Positions 53,604 to 64,000 of a stretch of DNA of 64,000 nt are shown in pieces. The notes under the pieces were generated by a model. It was not told the origin of the DNA. It saw only the letters and a list, made by a program, of their open reading frames with translations, and did not search any database. Position 1 is the first letter of the stretch. Each line of letters opens with the position of its first letter. Source of the stretch: an uncultured delta proteobacterium (GTDB taxonomy: Bacteria; Desulfobacterota; Desulfuromonadia; Desulfuromonadales; JACZKF01); NCBI GenBank assembly GCA_963816395.1, contig CAWFKQ010000005.1, positions 32,001 to 96,000 of the forward strand, in the 5' to 3' direction. The position numbers and the translations under genes were made by a program.

Positions 53604-55148
53604 ATGCCAAGCAAAACTTCTGGGGTAAGGCGCCTTCGGCGGCTTTCTGTCCGCGCTCTGTTCCTTCGCCCAGCCATCCTGTTCGCTCTTCTTCTTTTCC
53701 CCCTGCAGCCGCAGGCGGCGGAATTCATCGACCATTTCGCCAACCTGCGCACCCTCTATCGCCTGAGCATGCAGCACCAGCCGGCAAGCGGCGCCTTCAT
53801 TCTGGAAAAGGGTGAGGATGCGCTGCTGGCGAGGGCCTGGATGGTCGGCACCGCAGTCGATAGCCTCGATATTCTCACCTTCATCTGGAAACTCGACAAT
53901 ATCGGCATTATTGCCACCGACGCTCTGTTGCGGGCCGCCGATAGGGGAGTGCGGGTACGGGTGGTCGTCGATGATATGGTCCTGCAGCAGAAAGACCTGG
54001 AAACGCTTCTGGCCCTTGCCGCTCATCCGCGGATAGATATCCGCATTTACAATCCGGAAAGGATCGTCGGCGTCTCAATAGCGGAACTGGTGATCAATGT
54101 CCTGACCGACTTCCGCCAATACAACCAGCGATTGCACAACAAGAGCTTTCTGGCCGATGGAATCATCGGCATCACCGGCGGGCGCAACGTGGCGAACGAA
54201 TATTTCGATTACGATCAGAAGTACAATTTTCGCGATCGCGACATCATGGTGGTCGGGCCAGTCGTCGATTCAATGCAGAAGAATTTCGAAACCTTTTGGA
54301 GCAGCAATCAGGCCAGACCGATCGAGGAACTGTTGCCCGCCCGGCGAGCCGGCCTCAGCGATGCCCAAATTCGCACGATCTATGGACAGCTGCACGCCTG
54401 CGCCGAACGGTTGATCGAGCAACTCCCACTGGTAAAACGGGTTCTATTAGACCGGGAAGAGCGGATGGCTGGAATGCTCCGGCAGATGGTATGGACCCCG
54501 CAGATCTGGTTCGTCAGCGATCTGCCAGGAAAAAACTTGGGGAAGCCGGGACTTGGGGGCGGCGGCAGAATGGCCGAGGCACTGGCCGGAGCCATTGCCG
54601 AAGCCAGAAAAGAAATTACCATCCAGTCCCCCTATATGGTTCTGGAAGGGGAGGGACTGGGGCTATATGAAAAATTACACGACGGTGTTGAAGTGCAGAT
54701 CAGCACCAATTCCCTGGCATCCACCGACAACATTGCGGCCTTCAGCGGTTATGCCAAGGAGCGGCAGGACCTCCTCAATGCCGGTTTTCTGATCCGCGAG
54801 TTCCGTCCCCGGCCGGAGATCGAGCGGGAGCTGATCGACCGCTACCTGGGGCGGGGGAAAGAGGTGCCCATCTTCGTGCTGCACGCCAAAAGCCTGGTGG
54901 TGGATGGCGAACTCCTCTATGTCGGCACCTATAACATCGACCCCCGCTCGGCGAGTCTGAACACCGAAGAAGGAATTTTCGTCCGCAACCGGGAATTGGC
55001 CAGCCAGGTGGAGGAGGCCATCGAAAAAGGCATGCTGCCGGAAAACAGCTGGAATCCCAGACTGCATGATCCGAACCGCAAAGCCGGGTGGTGGCGGAGG
55101 TTGAAATTGGGCATTTATCGGCTGCTGCCGATCGATCCTCTGCTGTAG
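53604..55148 (+). CDS. Phospholipase D family protein (ClsC/YmdC-like)
   Basis: Two HKD motifs: LHNKSFLAD and LHAKSLVVD; GGRNVANEYF; start uncertain. Confidence 0.88.
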   Translation: MPSKTSGVRRLRRLSVRALFLRPAILFALLLFPLQPQAAEFIDHFANLRTLYRLSMQHQPASGAFILEKGEDALLARAWMVGTAVDSLDILTFIWKLDNIGIIATDALLRAADRGVRVRVVVDDMVLQQKDLETLLALAAHPRIDIRIYNPERIVGVSIAELVINVLTDFRQYNQRLHNKSFLADGIIGITGGRNVANEYFDYDQKYNFRDRDIMVVGPVVDSMQKNFETFWSSNQARPIEELLPARRAGLSDAQIRTIYGQLHACAERLIEQLPLVKRVLLDREERMAGMLRQMVWTPQIWFVSDLPGKNLGKPGLGGGGRMAEALAGAIAEARKEITIQSPYMVLEGEGLGLYEKLHDGVEVQISTNSLASTDNIAAFSGYAKERQDLLNAGFLIREFRPRPEIERELIDRYLGRGKEVPIFVLHAKSLVVDGELLYVGTYNIDPRSASLNTEEGIFVRNRELASQVEEAIEKGMLPENSWNPRLHDPNRKAGWWRRLKLGIYRLLPIDPLL

Positions 55149-55158
55149 ATGTTTTTCC

Positions 55159-55282
55159 TTGACAAAAAAATAAGAGATGTTAAATTAACTGAAACTCAAG
55201 TTGTATCTCGATAAACAACTGCCGTTTACCGGCAGAATTTTTGCCCCGTGGCATCCCTTCCTTGGCTGCGGGGCGTTTTTTT
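55159..55282 (+). ncRNA. Candidate small RNA unit (promoter + ~90 nt transcript + terminator)
   Basis: TTGACA-N16-TAAATT with TGn extension, three hairpins, T7 tail, no ORF seen. Confidence 0.45.
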
Positions 55283-55283
55283 C

Positions 55284-55324
55284 TGCAAAAAAAGGCTCTG
55301 TCTGCTGACAGGGCCTTTTTTGCA
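55284..55324. terminator. Bidirectional terminator downstream of the transglutaminase gene
   Basis: TGCAAAAAAAGGCTCTGTC...GACAGGGCCTTTTTTGCA. Confidence 0.8.
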
Positions 55325-55345
55325 CATCCCCCGCAGCGAAAACGC

Positions 55346-56359
55346 TCACCTCTTCTGATAGGTGATGGTGTACTTGAAGGTCGCCGGATCGAGCCAGTCG
55401 AGGGTGTCGTCTCCCACTTGAGCGTAGGGGTACATCAGGTAGTTGACCGGTCCGCCCGCCTGGGGCGGGTTGAGGGTCAGGTCGCGGCCGTGGCTGAGAG
55501 CCACCCGAGAGGCGTCGATGCCGCCCCAGAAGTAGTTGCGGTAGTCGGCTGTCCGAGGGTCTTCCAGGTTGAGGTGCTCAACAAGCATTTTCTTGCGCAC
55601 ATCCGCCGGATCGACGGGAACCCAGCCGTAGCCCGGCAGGAAAAACTCGGCCCAGCAGTGATACCAGGTGGTGATGTCCTGCCCCGATTCCTTCCCCTGG
55701 CGCAGGCCGAAGGTATCGCGGGCCGGTACGCCGGCGGCTCGTGCCAGGGCGACGAAGACGGAGGAGATATCAGCGCATTTGCCCCCCGGCCGCGACAGCA
55801 GGGTGCAGACATCCCCCTTGCCGCAGCCGCGGGTCTGGGGATCGCGGTACATGTTCACGCAGATCCAGTCATAGATGGCTTTTGCTTTGGCGAGTACGGT
55901 GGTCTTTCCGACGGTAATGCTATCGGCAAGTTTCTTGACTTCGCCATCGGTGGGGCCGAAGGTGGTCGGAGCCAGATCGGCCGCGTAGTCGGCCCGATTC
56001 CAGGCCCCTTCCTCGATCGGGAAATCGCGGCGGATGACCTCCTTGCGGTCGACGTCGAAGGCAAAGGTCAGCAGACGGCTTCCGGCGTCTTTGTCCCAGC
56101 GGGCGTAGAGCATCGGAGTGCCCGTCGCCTGGTCGGTATACACCCCCTCATTGACAAAATTTCCAGTGACGCGGATATTGGTGATCTTCTGGTCCCGGTT
56201 GGAGACGGGATAAGGGATCCAGAGCCGGACGTCCTTCCCGGCCGGCTGGGCCGAGAGGTCGAAGTCCATGATGATCCGCCCCGCCTGATCGGCAGCGAGG
56301 GCGCCAGTGGCTATCGCGCAGAGGGCGATTGTGAGTAAAACAACAAACACACGATTCAT
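55346..56359 (-). CDS. Exported transglutaminase-like domain protein
   Basis: Signal peptide; Cys-His-Asp triad GKCAD, YHCWAEF, WVPVDP. Confidence 0.88.
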   Translation of the reverse strand: MNRVFVVLLTIALCAIATGALAADQAGRIIMDFDLSAQPAGKDVRLWIPYPVSNRDQKITNIRVTGNFVNEGVYTDQATGTPMLYARWDKDAGSRLLTFAFDVDRKEVIRRDFPIEEGAWNRADYAADLAPTTFGPTDGEVKKLADSITVGKTTVLAKAKAIYDWICVNMYRDPQTRGCGKGDVCTLLSRPGGKCADISSVFVALARAAGVPARDTFGLRQGKESGQDITTWYHCWAEFFLPGYGWVPVDPADVRKKMLVEHLNLEDPRTADYRNYFWGGIDASRVALSHGRDLTLNPPQAGGPVNYLMYPYAQVGDDTLDWLDPATFKYTITYQKR

Positions 56360-56653
56360 GAAATTCCTCCCTTTTAGCCAAAGTATGCCGAAAAGGCTAA
56401 CAGGGAGATCGTTGAAAAGTCCAATATAAAAAATGGATATTATGGATATGGATTATCGGCAAAGACTAATGGATTGGCGTCGTTTACAACGAACTCCTTT
56501 CCATCCGGAACCCGCACCGCTGCCAGTCAGGGCCGGGCAGATAATTGGGAAAGTTTCGGCCCTCGGTGAGGACAAGGTTGCAGAAGGCGTATTTTCGTTT
56601 ATAACGGCCTTCGACATGCCCAGGTTGACCGGGAAAGGGAAGGGCGGCTTCCT

Positions 56654-57235
56654 TCAGGAGGATCGGAGGGGGGTTGACTGGGCTGCTTGCATCCCCTCGG
56701 CCGGTAAGGGCATCCAGAAAAGAGTCCCCTTCTGGCGACCGAACAACAGGGCTGCCTGCCGGTCCGCCACCCAGATGTCCACCGTCCGCTTCCAGCGGGG
56801 ATTCATCCGGTCCTGGACCTCGAAGAACCCGTGACCGGGGATGAGCACCCGCTGCCCGAACTTCAGGCCCATTTCCCGCATCAAGTCATCGGAAACCGCT
56901 ATGATACCGATGCGTACCGATTGCGAAGAAGCGGTGACATACGGGGTTTCGTCGCACTGCTTGACAGTAGAGGAATACGCGGTCAGGGTGACCGGTACGG
57001 AGCGGATACGGTCAAGTTGCACCGGTGAGCCGAAAAAATCTTCCAGCAGGCCGAGGGCGCGGTTCAGATCTTCACGCAGTCGGGAATCCTCCTGGGCCGC
57101 GACCTGCTGTGGGGCAGGTGCGGCGACCGGAACCGATCCGGCATCCGCACGGAAATAGATATCCAGGCCGAGCACCAGCACCATGGTCAGAAGCAGAAAA
57201 CGCAGGGTGTTCATGAAACCATCATTTCCCGTCAT
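56654..57235 (-). CDS. 3D-domain (MltA-like) exported protein
   Basis: TLTAYSS...CDETP..TAS, IAVS, VQDRMN, VDIW; GGAGG SD. Confidence 0.8.
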   Translation of the reverse strand: MTGNDGFMNTLRFLLLTMVLVLGLDIYFRADAGSVPVAAPAPQQVAAQEDSRLREDLNRALGLLEDFFGSPVQLDRIRSVPVTLTAYSSTVKQCDETPYVTASSQSVRIGIIAVSDDLMREMGLKFGQRVLIPGHGFFEVQDRMNPRWKRTVDIWVADRQAALLFGRQKGTLFWMPLPAEGMQAAQSTPLRSS

Positions 57236-57380
57236 GGCTCGCCTCCACTATAATGAAAGCCAGCTCAAACTATATCCGGAAATCCCGCCGGGTCAACCGC
57301 CCCCCGAGCAACGGCGGAAGAGGCTTTCTCCCGGCCGGCAAATACGGTATTCTTCCCTACTCATCCCCTCCGAGGCGAAC

Positions 57381-57764
57381 ATGCGAGCGAAAACAGTTTA
57401 TTTCCGCATCATCCCCCTGGTCGTCTGGACGCTCACCGTCCTCGTGCTGTCCCTGGAGTCGAGTCCGCCGCATTTCGATTTCGCACTGGCTTCCTGGGAC
57501 AAATTCCAGCACGCCGCCGCCTATGCCATGCTCACAGCCCTGGCCGGTTATGCCTTCTTGCCGTACTGCCGGCGACCGGCGACCGCCTGGCTGATGGCTT
57601 TTCTGGTCGCGGTGGTCTATGGCGGGCTGCTGGAGATAGCGCAGGGGACCTTTACCGCCGTTCGCACCCCCGACTGGAGAGATCTGGCCGCCGATGCCGT
57701 CGGTGCCGCCGTCGTTGTGGTGGCCGCTCGCCTGCTCGCTTTCCGTTTTCGTGCTCGCCCATGA
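57381..57764 (+). CDS. VanZ family membrane protein
   Basis: DKFQHAAAY, LEIAQ, R..DWRDLAAD. Confidence 0.85.
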   Translation: MRAKTVYFRIIPLVVWTLTVLVLSLESSPPHFDFALASWDKFQHAAAYAMLTALAGYAFLPYCRRPATAWLMAFLVAVVYGGLLEIAQGTFTAVRTPDWRDLAADAVGAAVVVVAARLLAFRFRARP

Positions 57765-60449
57765 ATTCTTCATTGCTGGAAGATCTTCTGCTGGATACCG
57801 CCGCTGAAGGCGCTTTGGTGCTGACCGCTACCAAGCGGCTGGCCCGTCGTCTGCGCCAGCTGGTTGATCAGCGCCTGGGAGCCGCCGACAGGGGCGTCTG
57901 GCTGACGCCGGCGATCCACAGCGGCGATGCCTGGCTGCGGCAGACGGCAGCTGCCCTCGGGGAAGGCTGGCGCCTGCTTGGAACGCAGCCGGCCAGACGG
58001 CTGTGGGAAAAAATCATCGAAACCGAGAGTGCCGGTTCCGTCCGGGAACTTTTGCAGGTGAGTGCGACCGCCCGCCTCGCCGAAGCGGCCCAGGCGCTGC
58101 TTGCCGAATACGGTGGCGATCCCGACGATTATCCCCTGACCGCCGACCACCTCACCTTTCTGCGCTGGCGCCGCAGCTACCTGGAAACCCTTCGCCAGGA
58201 AGGTTGGATGGATGGGGCGATTCTCGCCGCGACCGTCATCGCGGCGGTAGAACGGGGGGAGTTGCCGGTGCCGAAGGTGGTCTGGCTCACCGGTTTTGAT
58301 GATCTGCCGCCGCGCCTGCGGCGCTTGGCGGCTGCCTTCACCGTCCATGGTTCGCAGGTGCGCGAGCTTCCCCCGGCGGCGGAACCCCGCGGAGAGCTGG
58401 TGCGGCTGGGTTGCGCCGATGCCCGGGAGGAGGTGCGCCGGGCCGCGCGCTGGGCGCGTCGCCTGCTGGAAGGGGGGGAAGGGGAAATCGGTGTCATCGT
58501 CCCCGACCTGGAAGGTTACCGGTCCCTGATCGAACGTATTTTCCGCGAGGAGATCGATCCCGAAGCGCAGCTTCGGCCCGGCGCCGGGGAATCCCGCTTC
58601 AATCTCTCCCTCGGCGAGCCGCTGGCGGGGCAGGGAGCGGTAGTGGCCGCCCTGGAAATTCTCGCCGCCGCGCGCTCCCTGCCCCTGGCGCAGGCCGGCT
58701 TTCTGCTGCGTTCCCCCTACCTGGGGGGGAGTCAGCGTGAGGCGACCGCCCGCGCCCGTCTGGACCGGCTGCTGCGCACCGCCGGCGAGCCGGCGGTCTC
58801 CCTCGGGCGGCTGCAGCGGCTGGCGGAGAAGCAGGAGCCGGAAACCGGGCGCCAGGCCGCTCCCCTGGCCGGGGCGATCTTCCACCAGCTGCGGTCGGCG
58901 GTTCAGGAGCAGCGTCGGTTTTTGCCCGGCGGGTGGGCCAGCCGCTTCGCCGGCCAGCTGCAGGCGGTCGGCTGGCCCGGGGAGCGCCCTCTGGACAGCC
59001 ACGATTTCCAGGTGGTCAAAGCCTTTCGGGAGAAGGTGCTGCCGCAGCTCGCCGCCTTCGATCTGGTATCCGGACCGGTGGAGCGCGGCGAAGCCCTGGC
59101 GCTGCTGCGCCGGTTGGCCGCGGAAACCGAATTCCAGGCGGAAGGTGCGGAAAGTCCGGTGCAGGTGGTCGGTCTGCTGGAGGCGGCCGGCCTGCGCTTC
59201 CGCCATCTCTGGGTGATGGGGCTGCACGACGGCGCCCTGCCGGCCGCGGCTCGTCCAAATCCTTTCCTGCCGGTGGCGTTGCAGGTGGCCGCCGGCATGC
59301 CGCACGCCAGCGCCGAGCGCGAAGGGGCTTTTGCCAGCCGGGTCGCCGTCCGTCTCTTCGCCGCCGCCCCGGCAGTGATTCTCAGCCACCCGCTGCGGCA
59401 GGGGGATGCCGCCCTGCTGCCGAGCCCGTTGATCCGCGACCTGCCCGAAGGCGAGGTCCCCCTTGCCCCGAGCCGCGCCCCCGCTGCCCTCTGGCGGCAG
59501 GCGGCGCCCCCGGCCGAGGAGCTTGCCGACCACTCCGCGCCGCCCCTGGCCGCCGGGGAGCGGGTGAGCGGCGGCACGGCGATCCTCCGCGACCAGGCTC
59601 TCTGCCCCTTTCGCGCCTTCGCCCGACACCGTCTGGGCGCCGCCGCCCTCGAGGTTCCCGATATCGGTCTGGATCCCCGCGTGCGCGGTAACCTGCTGCA
59701 CAAGGTGCTGGAGTTCTTCTGGCAGAAGACGCAAAGCCAGGCTGGCCTGCTGGTGCTGGGGGAAACGGCGCGGCAGCAGCGACTGGAGGAGTGCATCGAG
59801 GAGGCCGTGCAGGCGCTTTTCCCGGAGGGAAAGGCCCGCCCGGCGGCGGCGCTCCTGGCGCTCGAAAGCGACCGCCTGCGGCGGCTGCTGGACGAATGGC
59901 TGGCGATTGAAAGCCAGCGGACCCCTTTTGCCGTGCTCGAAGAGGAGAAAGAATACCGGGAGCATTTCGGCGGAGTTGAGGTCGTCACCCGCATCGACCG
60001 GATGGACCAACTAGCCGACGGCAGCCGGGTCGTGCTGGATTACAAGACCGGGCAGGTGGACGCCGCCGACCTGATCGGCGAACGCCTGCTGGAGCCGCAG
60101 TTGCCGGTTTACGGCCTCGGCCGGGGCGGGGAAGAACTGGCTGGGGTCGCCTTCGCCAGCCTGCGCCGCGGCAAGTGCGCCTTCTGCGGCGTGGCGCGCA
60201 GCGCCGAAGTGCTGCCGAAGGTGCCGGCCCTGACCGACTGGAAGAAGGCGCAGGAATTCGGACTCGACTGGTCCGAACTGCTGCACCGCTGGCGGCGAGC
60301 AGCTCAATGCACTGGGGCGTTCCTTTGCCGCCGGGGAGGCGGCGGTCGACCCGGTGAGCGCCGAGAAGGCCTGTCGCATTTGCGATCTGGCGCCCCTTTG
60401 CCGCATTGGGGAGGCGGTCCCTCCCGCTGCCGAAGGAGAAGAGAGATGA
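57761..60449 (+). CDS. addB: AddB/RexB-like PD-(D/E)XK nuclease subunit (frameshift near 60297)
   Basis: DQALCPF, RIDRMD..VLDYKTG, PQLPVY; true C-terminus ACRICDLAPLCRIG...EER* is in the shifted frame. Confidence 0.8.
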
Positions 60450-63400
60450 GCTGTCCCATCGCCGACGCCGCTGAGCGCCGGGCCGCGCTCGAGCCGGCCC
60501 GCTCCTGCATCGTTCAGGCACCGGCCGGTTCGGGGAAGACCGAGCTGCTCATCCAGCGCTTTCTCGCTTTGCTGGCGGTGGTCGAGCGCCCCGAGGAAAT
60601 TCTCGCCATCACCTTTACCCGCAAGGCCGCCGGGGAGATGCGCAGCCGTCTGCTGGAGGCGCTGGAGCGGGGAAGCGGCGGTCGTCCGGAGCGGGAGCAC
60701 GAGGCGGAGACCTGGACCCTCGCCCGGGCCGTCCTCGAGCAGGACCGCCGGCTCGGCTGGAATCTGCGGGAGAATCCCGGCCGGCTGGCCATCCAGACCA
60801 TCGACAGCTTCAACGCCTCCCTGGTGCGGCGCATGCCCTGGCTTACCCGCCTCGGCGGCGTGCCGCGGCTGACGGAAGCGCCCGCCGCCCTCTACCGGCG
60901 GGCGGCCGAACGCGCCCTGGAGCGGTTGCGGTCAGGAGGGGCGCAGGGGGAGGGGATCGCCCGCCTGCTGGCCCACCTGGACAATCGCCTCGATCACCTG
61001 CGCGACCTGCTGGTCGGCATGCTCGCCCGCCGGGATCAATGGCTGCGCCATCTGACGGGAGCGCGCGGCGAGGAGCACCGGCAGCGGCTGGAGAATGCCC
61101 TGCGCTCCCTGGTGGAAGCGGGGCTGACGGCGGCAAACGCCGCCATTCCCGAAGCGGTTCGCATCGAACTGGTCGAACTGGTCGGCTTCGCCGCCGGCAA
61201 TCTGGCCACCGACGGGAAGGACGGACCGCTGGCCCGGCTGGCCGGAATGGAGGACTTCCCGGCCGCTACGGCCGATGATCTGCCCGCCTGGCATGGTCTG
61301 GCAGAACTGCTGCTGACCGCCAGGAACGAACTGCGGCTGGCGGTGGATAAGCGGTGCGGCTTTCCCGCCGACAAGAAAGAGCCCTGCCTGAGCATGAAGC
61401 AGCGCATGCGCCATCTTCTCGACTGGCTGGGTGAGGAGCCGGCGGCCGTCGAGGCTCTGGCGCGGGTGCGGGATCTGCCGCCGGTGGCCTATGAGGAGGC
61501 GCAGTGGCAGGTGCTGCGCGCCCTGGTCGACCTGCTGCCCCTGGTGGTGGCCGAGCTGTGGCTGGTCTTTCGCGAGGAAGGAACCGCCGATTTCGCCGAG
61601 ATCGCCTTGCAGGCGCAGCGGGCGCTGCGGGAGGACGACAGCCCCAGCGAATTGCTGCTGCGCCTGGACAGCCGCCTCAGCCACATCCTGGTCGACGAAT
61701 TCCAGGACACCTCCCATCTGCAGTTCGAATTGCTGCAGATCCTCACCGAGGGGTGGAGCCCCGGCGATGGCCGCACTCTGTTTCTGGTCGGCGACCCGAT
61801 GCAGTCGATCTACCGCTTCCGCGAAGCCGAGGTTGGTCTGTTTCTCCAGGCGCGCCGCGGCGGGCTGCGGGAAGTGCGCCTGGAGGGCATCCGCCTCAGC
61901 GCCAATTTCCGCTCCCAGGCGGGGATCGTCGACTGGGTCAACCGGACCTTCGCCGAGCTCTTTCCCCTCGCCGAGGACGCCGCCCGCGGCGCCGTTCCCC
62001 TGGCGGCTGCCGAGCCGGTGCACGATCTGCTGCCCGGGGAGGCGGTGTCGGTCCATCCCTGGGCTGCGCGCAATGACCGCGAGGAAGCGCAGCAGGTGGC
62101 GGTGCTGGCGCAACAGGCCATGGCCGCCGGCGAATCGGCTGCCGTGCTGGTCCGCTCGCGCAGCCATCTGGCGCAGATCCTGCCGGCCCTGCGGGCCGCC
62201 GGCCTGCACTACCAGGCGCAGGACATCGACCTGCTCGCCGAGCGGCCGGCGGCCCGCGACCTGGTCTCCCTGACCCGCGCCCTGCTGCATCCCGACGACC
62301 GGCTGGCCTGGCTGTCGGTGCTGCGCGCCCCCTGGTGCGGTCTGCCCCTGGCCGACCTGCATGCCCTGTGCGGCGGCCGTTCCACGCCGATCCCGCTGCT
62401 TCTTGCCGACACGGATTCCCTGGCCCGCCTCACCGCCGACGGACGCCGGCGCGCCGAGCGGACGGCGGACCTGCTGCAGGAGGCCGGGCGGCAGCGTGGC
62501 CGCGTCAATCTGCGGCGGCTGGTGGAGGGCTGCTGGCTGGCGCTGGGCGGGCCGGTCCTGCTCGACGGCGCCGGCCTGGAGGACGCCGGGCGGGTCCTCG
62601 ACCTGTTGGAGGAACTCGATTACGGCGGCGACCTGCGCGACTTTCAGGAGCTGGAAGACGGCCTCGGCCGACTGTTCGCCGCTCCCGACAGCGAGGCCGA
62701 CGGCCGGCTGCAGGTGATGACCATCCACCGCGCCAAGGGGCTGGAGTTCGACACCGTCATCCTCCCCGGACTGGGACGGCGCCCCGCCCATGGCGACCCG
62801 CCGCTGCTGCGCTGGCTCGAACAGCCCGGATGCGGTCTGCTGCTGGGGCCGATTCATCCCCGCGACGGAGTGAGCCGCGACCCGATCTACGACGCCATCG
62901 GCCAGGTGGAGAAGGAGAAGGCGGATCTGGAAACCGGTGCGGTTGCTCTACGTCGCCGCCACCCGGGCGAAGAAGCGCCTGCACCTGCTCGGCCATGCGC
63001 CGCCGGACAAAAACGGCGCCTGCCGGCCGGAGGCCGGTTCTCTGCTGCACCGGCTCTGGCCAGCGGTGGAGGAAAAGTTTGCCGACCTGGGCGAGGAGAG
63101 CGGGGCAGGGGAGGACGCTGCCCGCCGCCGCGCCGCCGCTGCGCCGCCTGCCGGCCGACTGGCAGCCGCCGGCTTTGGCGGCGGCGCCGTTGCCGGCGGC
63201 GCTGGAGACGGTCAGCCCTTCCGGGCTGGGGAAAGAGGATGTGCGGGAGCTGGTTTTTTCCGGCTGGGAGGCGGATAGCGCCCGCCACGTCGGTACAGTC
63301 ACCCACACCTTCCTGGAGCGGATCGGCCGCGAAGGGCTGGAGCGCTGGCCGGTTGGGCGTCTTGACGAGCTGGCGACCCAGGGTGGACGCCTGCTCGGGC

Positions 63401-63856
63401 TTCTCGGTGTGCCGGGGGAGGATGTTCCCGGCTGTCTGGAGAAGGTGCTGCGGGCTCTGCGCAACACCCTGGCCGGCGAGCGAGGCCGCTGGATCCTGCA
63501 ATCCCGCCCGGAGGCTGCCTGCGAGCTCCAGCTGTCGGGGGTCGTCGCCGGCAAGATCGTCCACGCGATCGTCGACCGCACCTTTGTCGACGAGGACGGC
63601 AACCGCTGGATCATCGATTACAAGACCAGCGAGCCGCGCGCCGGCCGGGAGCCTGAAGGCCTTCCTCACCGCCGAAAGCGAACGCTACCAGCCCCAGCTC
63701 GTCGCCTACGCCGAGCTCTTCCGCCGTCTCGAACCGCAGCGCCCGGTGCGCGCCGGGCTTTATTTCCCCCTCGCCGACGCCTGGTGCGAAATCCCCCTGG
63801 GGACGACGGCGCACCTCGCCGGCGATGCATTTTTCAGCGGCAGTTCAGCCGGGTGA
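60446..63856 (+). CDS. addA: AddA/RexA-like UvrD helicase-nuclease (frameshifts near 62935, 63120, 63650)
   Basis: APAGSGKT, ITFTRKAA, VDEFQD, VGDPMQSIYRFR, MTIHRAKGLEF, RLLYVAATRA, IIDYKT. Confidence 0.85.
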   Translation: MSCPIADAAERRAALEPARSCIVQAPAGSGKTELLIQRFLALLAVVERPEEILAITFTRKAAGEMRSRLLEALERGSGGRPEREHEAETWTLARAVLEQDRRLGWNLRENPGRLAIQTIDSFNASLVRRMPWLTRLGGVPRLTEAPAALYRRAAERALERLRSGGAQGEGIARLLAHLDNRLDHLRDLLVGMLARRDQWLRHLTGARGEEHRQRLENALRSLVEAGLTAANAAIPEAVRIELVELVGFAAGNLATDGKDGPLARLAGMEDFPAATADDLPAWHGLAELLLTARNELRLAVDKRCGFPADKKEPCLSMKQRMRHLLDWLGEEPAAVEALARVRDLPPVAYEEAQWQVLRALVDLLPLVVAELWLVFREEGTADFAEIALQAQRALREDDSPSELLLRLDSRLSHILVDEFQDTSHLQFELLQILTEGWSPGDGRTLFLVGDPMQSIYRFREAEVGLFLQARRGGLREVRLEGIRLSANFRSQAGIVDWVNRTFAELFPLAEDAARGAVPLAAAEPVHDLLPGEAVSVHPWAARNDREEAQQVAVLAQQAMAAGESAAVLVRSRSHLAQILPALRAAGLHYQAQDIDLLAERPAARDLVSLTRALLHPDDRLAWLSVLRAPWCGLPLADLHALCGGRSTPIPLLLADTDSLARLTADGRRRAERTADLLQEAGRQRGRVNLRRLVEGCWLALGGPVLLDGAGLEDAGRVLDLLEELDYGGDLRDFQELEDGLGRLFAAPDSEADGRLQVMTIHRAKGLEFDTVILPGLGRRPAHGDPPLLRWLEQPGCGLLLGPIHPRDGVSRDPIYDAIGQVEKEKADLETGAVALRRRHPGEEAPAPARPCAAGQKRRLPAGGRFSAAPALASGGGKVCRPGRGERGRGGRCPPPRRRCAACRPTGSRRLWRRRRCRRRWRRSALPGWGKRMCGSWFFPAGRRIAPATSVQSPTPSWSGSAAKGWSAGRLGVLTSWRPRVDACSGFSVCRGRMFPAVWRRCCGLCATPWPASEAAGSCNPARRLPASSSCRGSSPARSSTRSSTAPLSTRTATAGSSITRPASRAPAGSLKAFLTAESERYQPQLVAYAELFRRLEPQRPVRAGLYFPLADAWCEIPLGTTAHLAGDAFFSGSSAG

Positions 63857-64000
63857 TTGCCCTGAAGCTCCTTAGGCCTGCAAGCTCCGGCGGTCGAGCT
63901 TCCCGTTCGCCGATCTTGGCAATGATTCCCGGAATTCGATGTACTTGGGCAGCATGAAGGGATCCAGCCGCAATTGGCACTGCCGGCGGATCTCCTCAAG

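Noticed and set aside
57761..63856. 2031-aa AddB-AddA fusion ORF
   Set aside because: The true AddB C-terminus (CRICDLAPLC Fe-S motif, stop at 60449 overlapping ATG 60446) is in another frame after about 60297, so an indel creates the fusion.

Overview
64 kb of a GC-rich bacterial chromosome. Gene content and order point to a Desulfuromonadales/Geobacter-like deltaproteobacterium (inference). 1-20.8 kb is conserved core: end of a chemotaxis-type cluster, infA, leuS-lptE-holA, rpsT, murJ-ogt, tRNA-Val, thrS-infC-rpmI-rplT-pheST-ihfA-merR-surE-pcm-yqaA-nlpD-rpoS-apt, tRNA-Arg. 20.8-57.7 kb is more accessory: an Mla lipid-transport operon, cytochrome c5, MgtC, a LuxR regulator, glucan phosphorylase, an ExeA remnant, ChaN/M1 peptidase, a 13 kb copper/metal cluster (HMA-DUF2318-ABC-zinc ribbons, cusCBA plus a Met-rich chaperone, copA), a Rieske/cytochrome b operon flanked by two pentaheme cytochromes, a phospholipase D, a transglutaminase and a 3D-domain protein. 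The window ends in addB-addA. About 20 single-base frameshifts, including one in leuS, indicate indel errors in the sequence, so apparent splits and fusions need caution. Best leads: (1) a Thermus/Actinobacteria-type Rieske/cytochrome b complex with two paralogous pentaheme cytochromes that differ by His-to-Met swaps; (2) a shared tandem 14-bp palindrome plus an atypical sigma-54-like promoter in front of all three copper operons; (3) an ORF-less promoter-to-terminator unit near 55.2 kb that looks like an sRNA. I saw no CRISPR array, integrase, transposase or rRNA.
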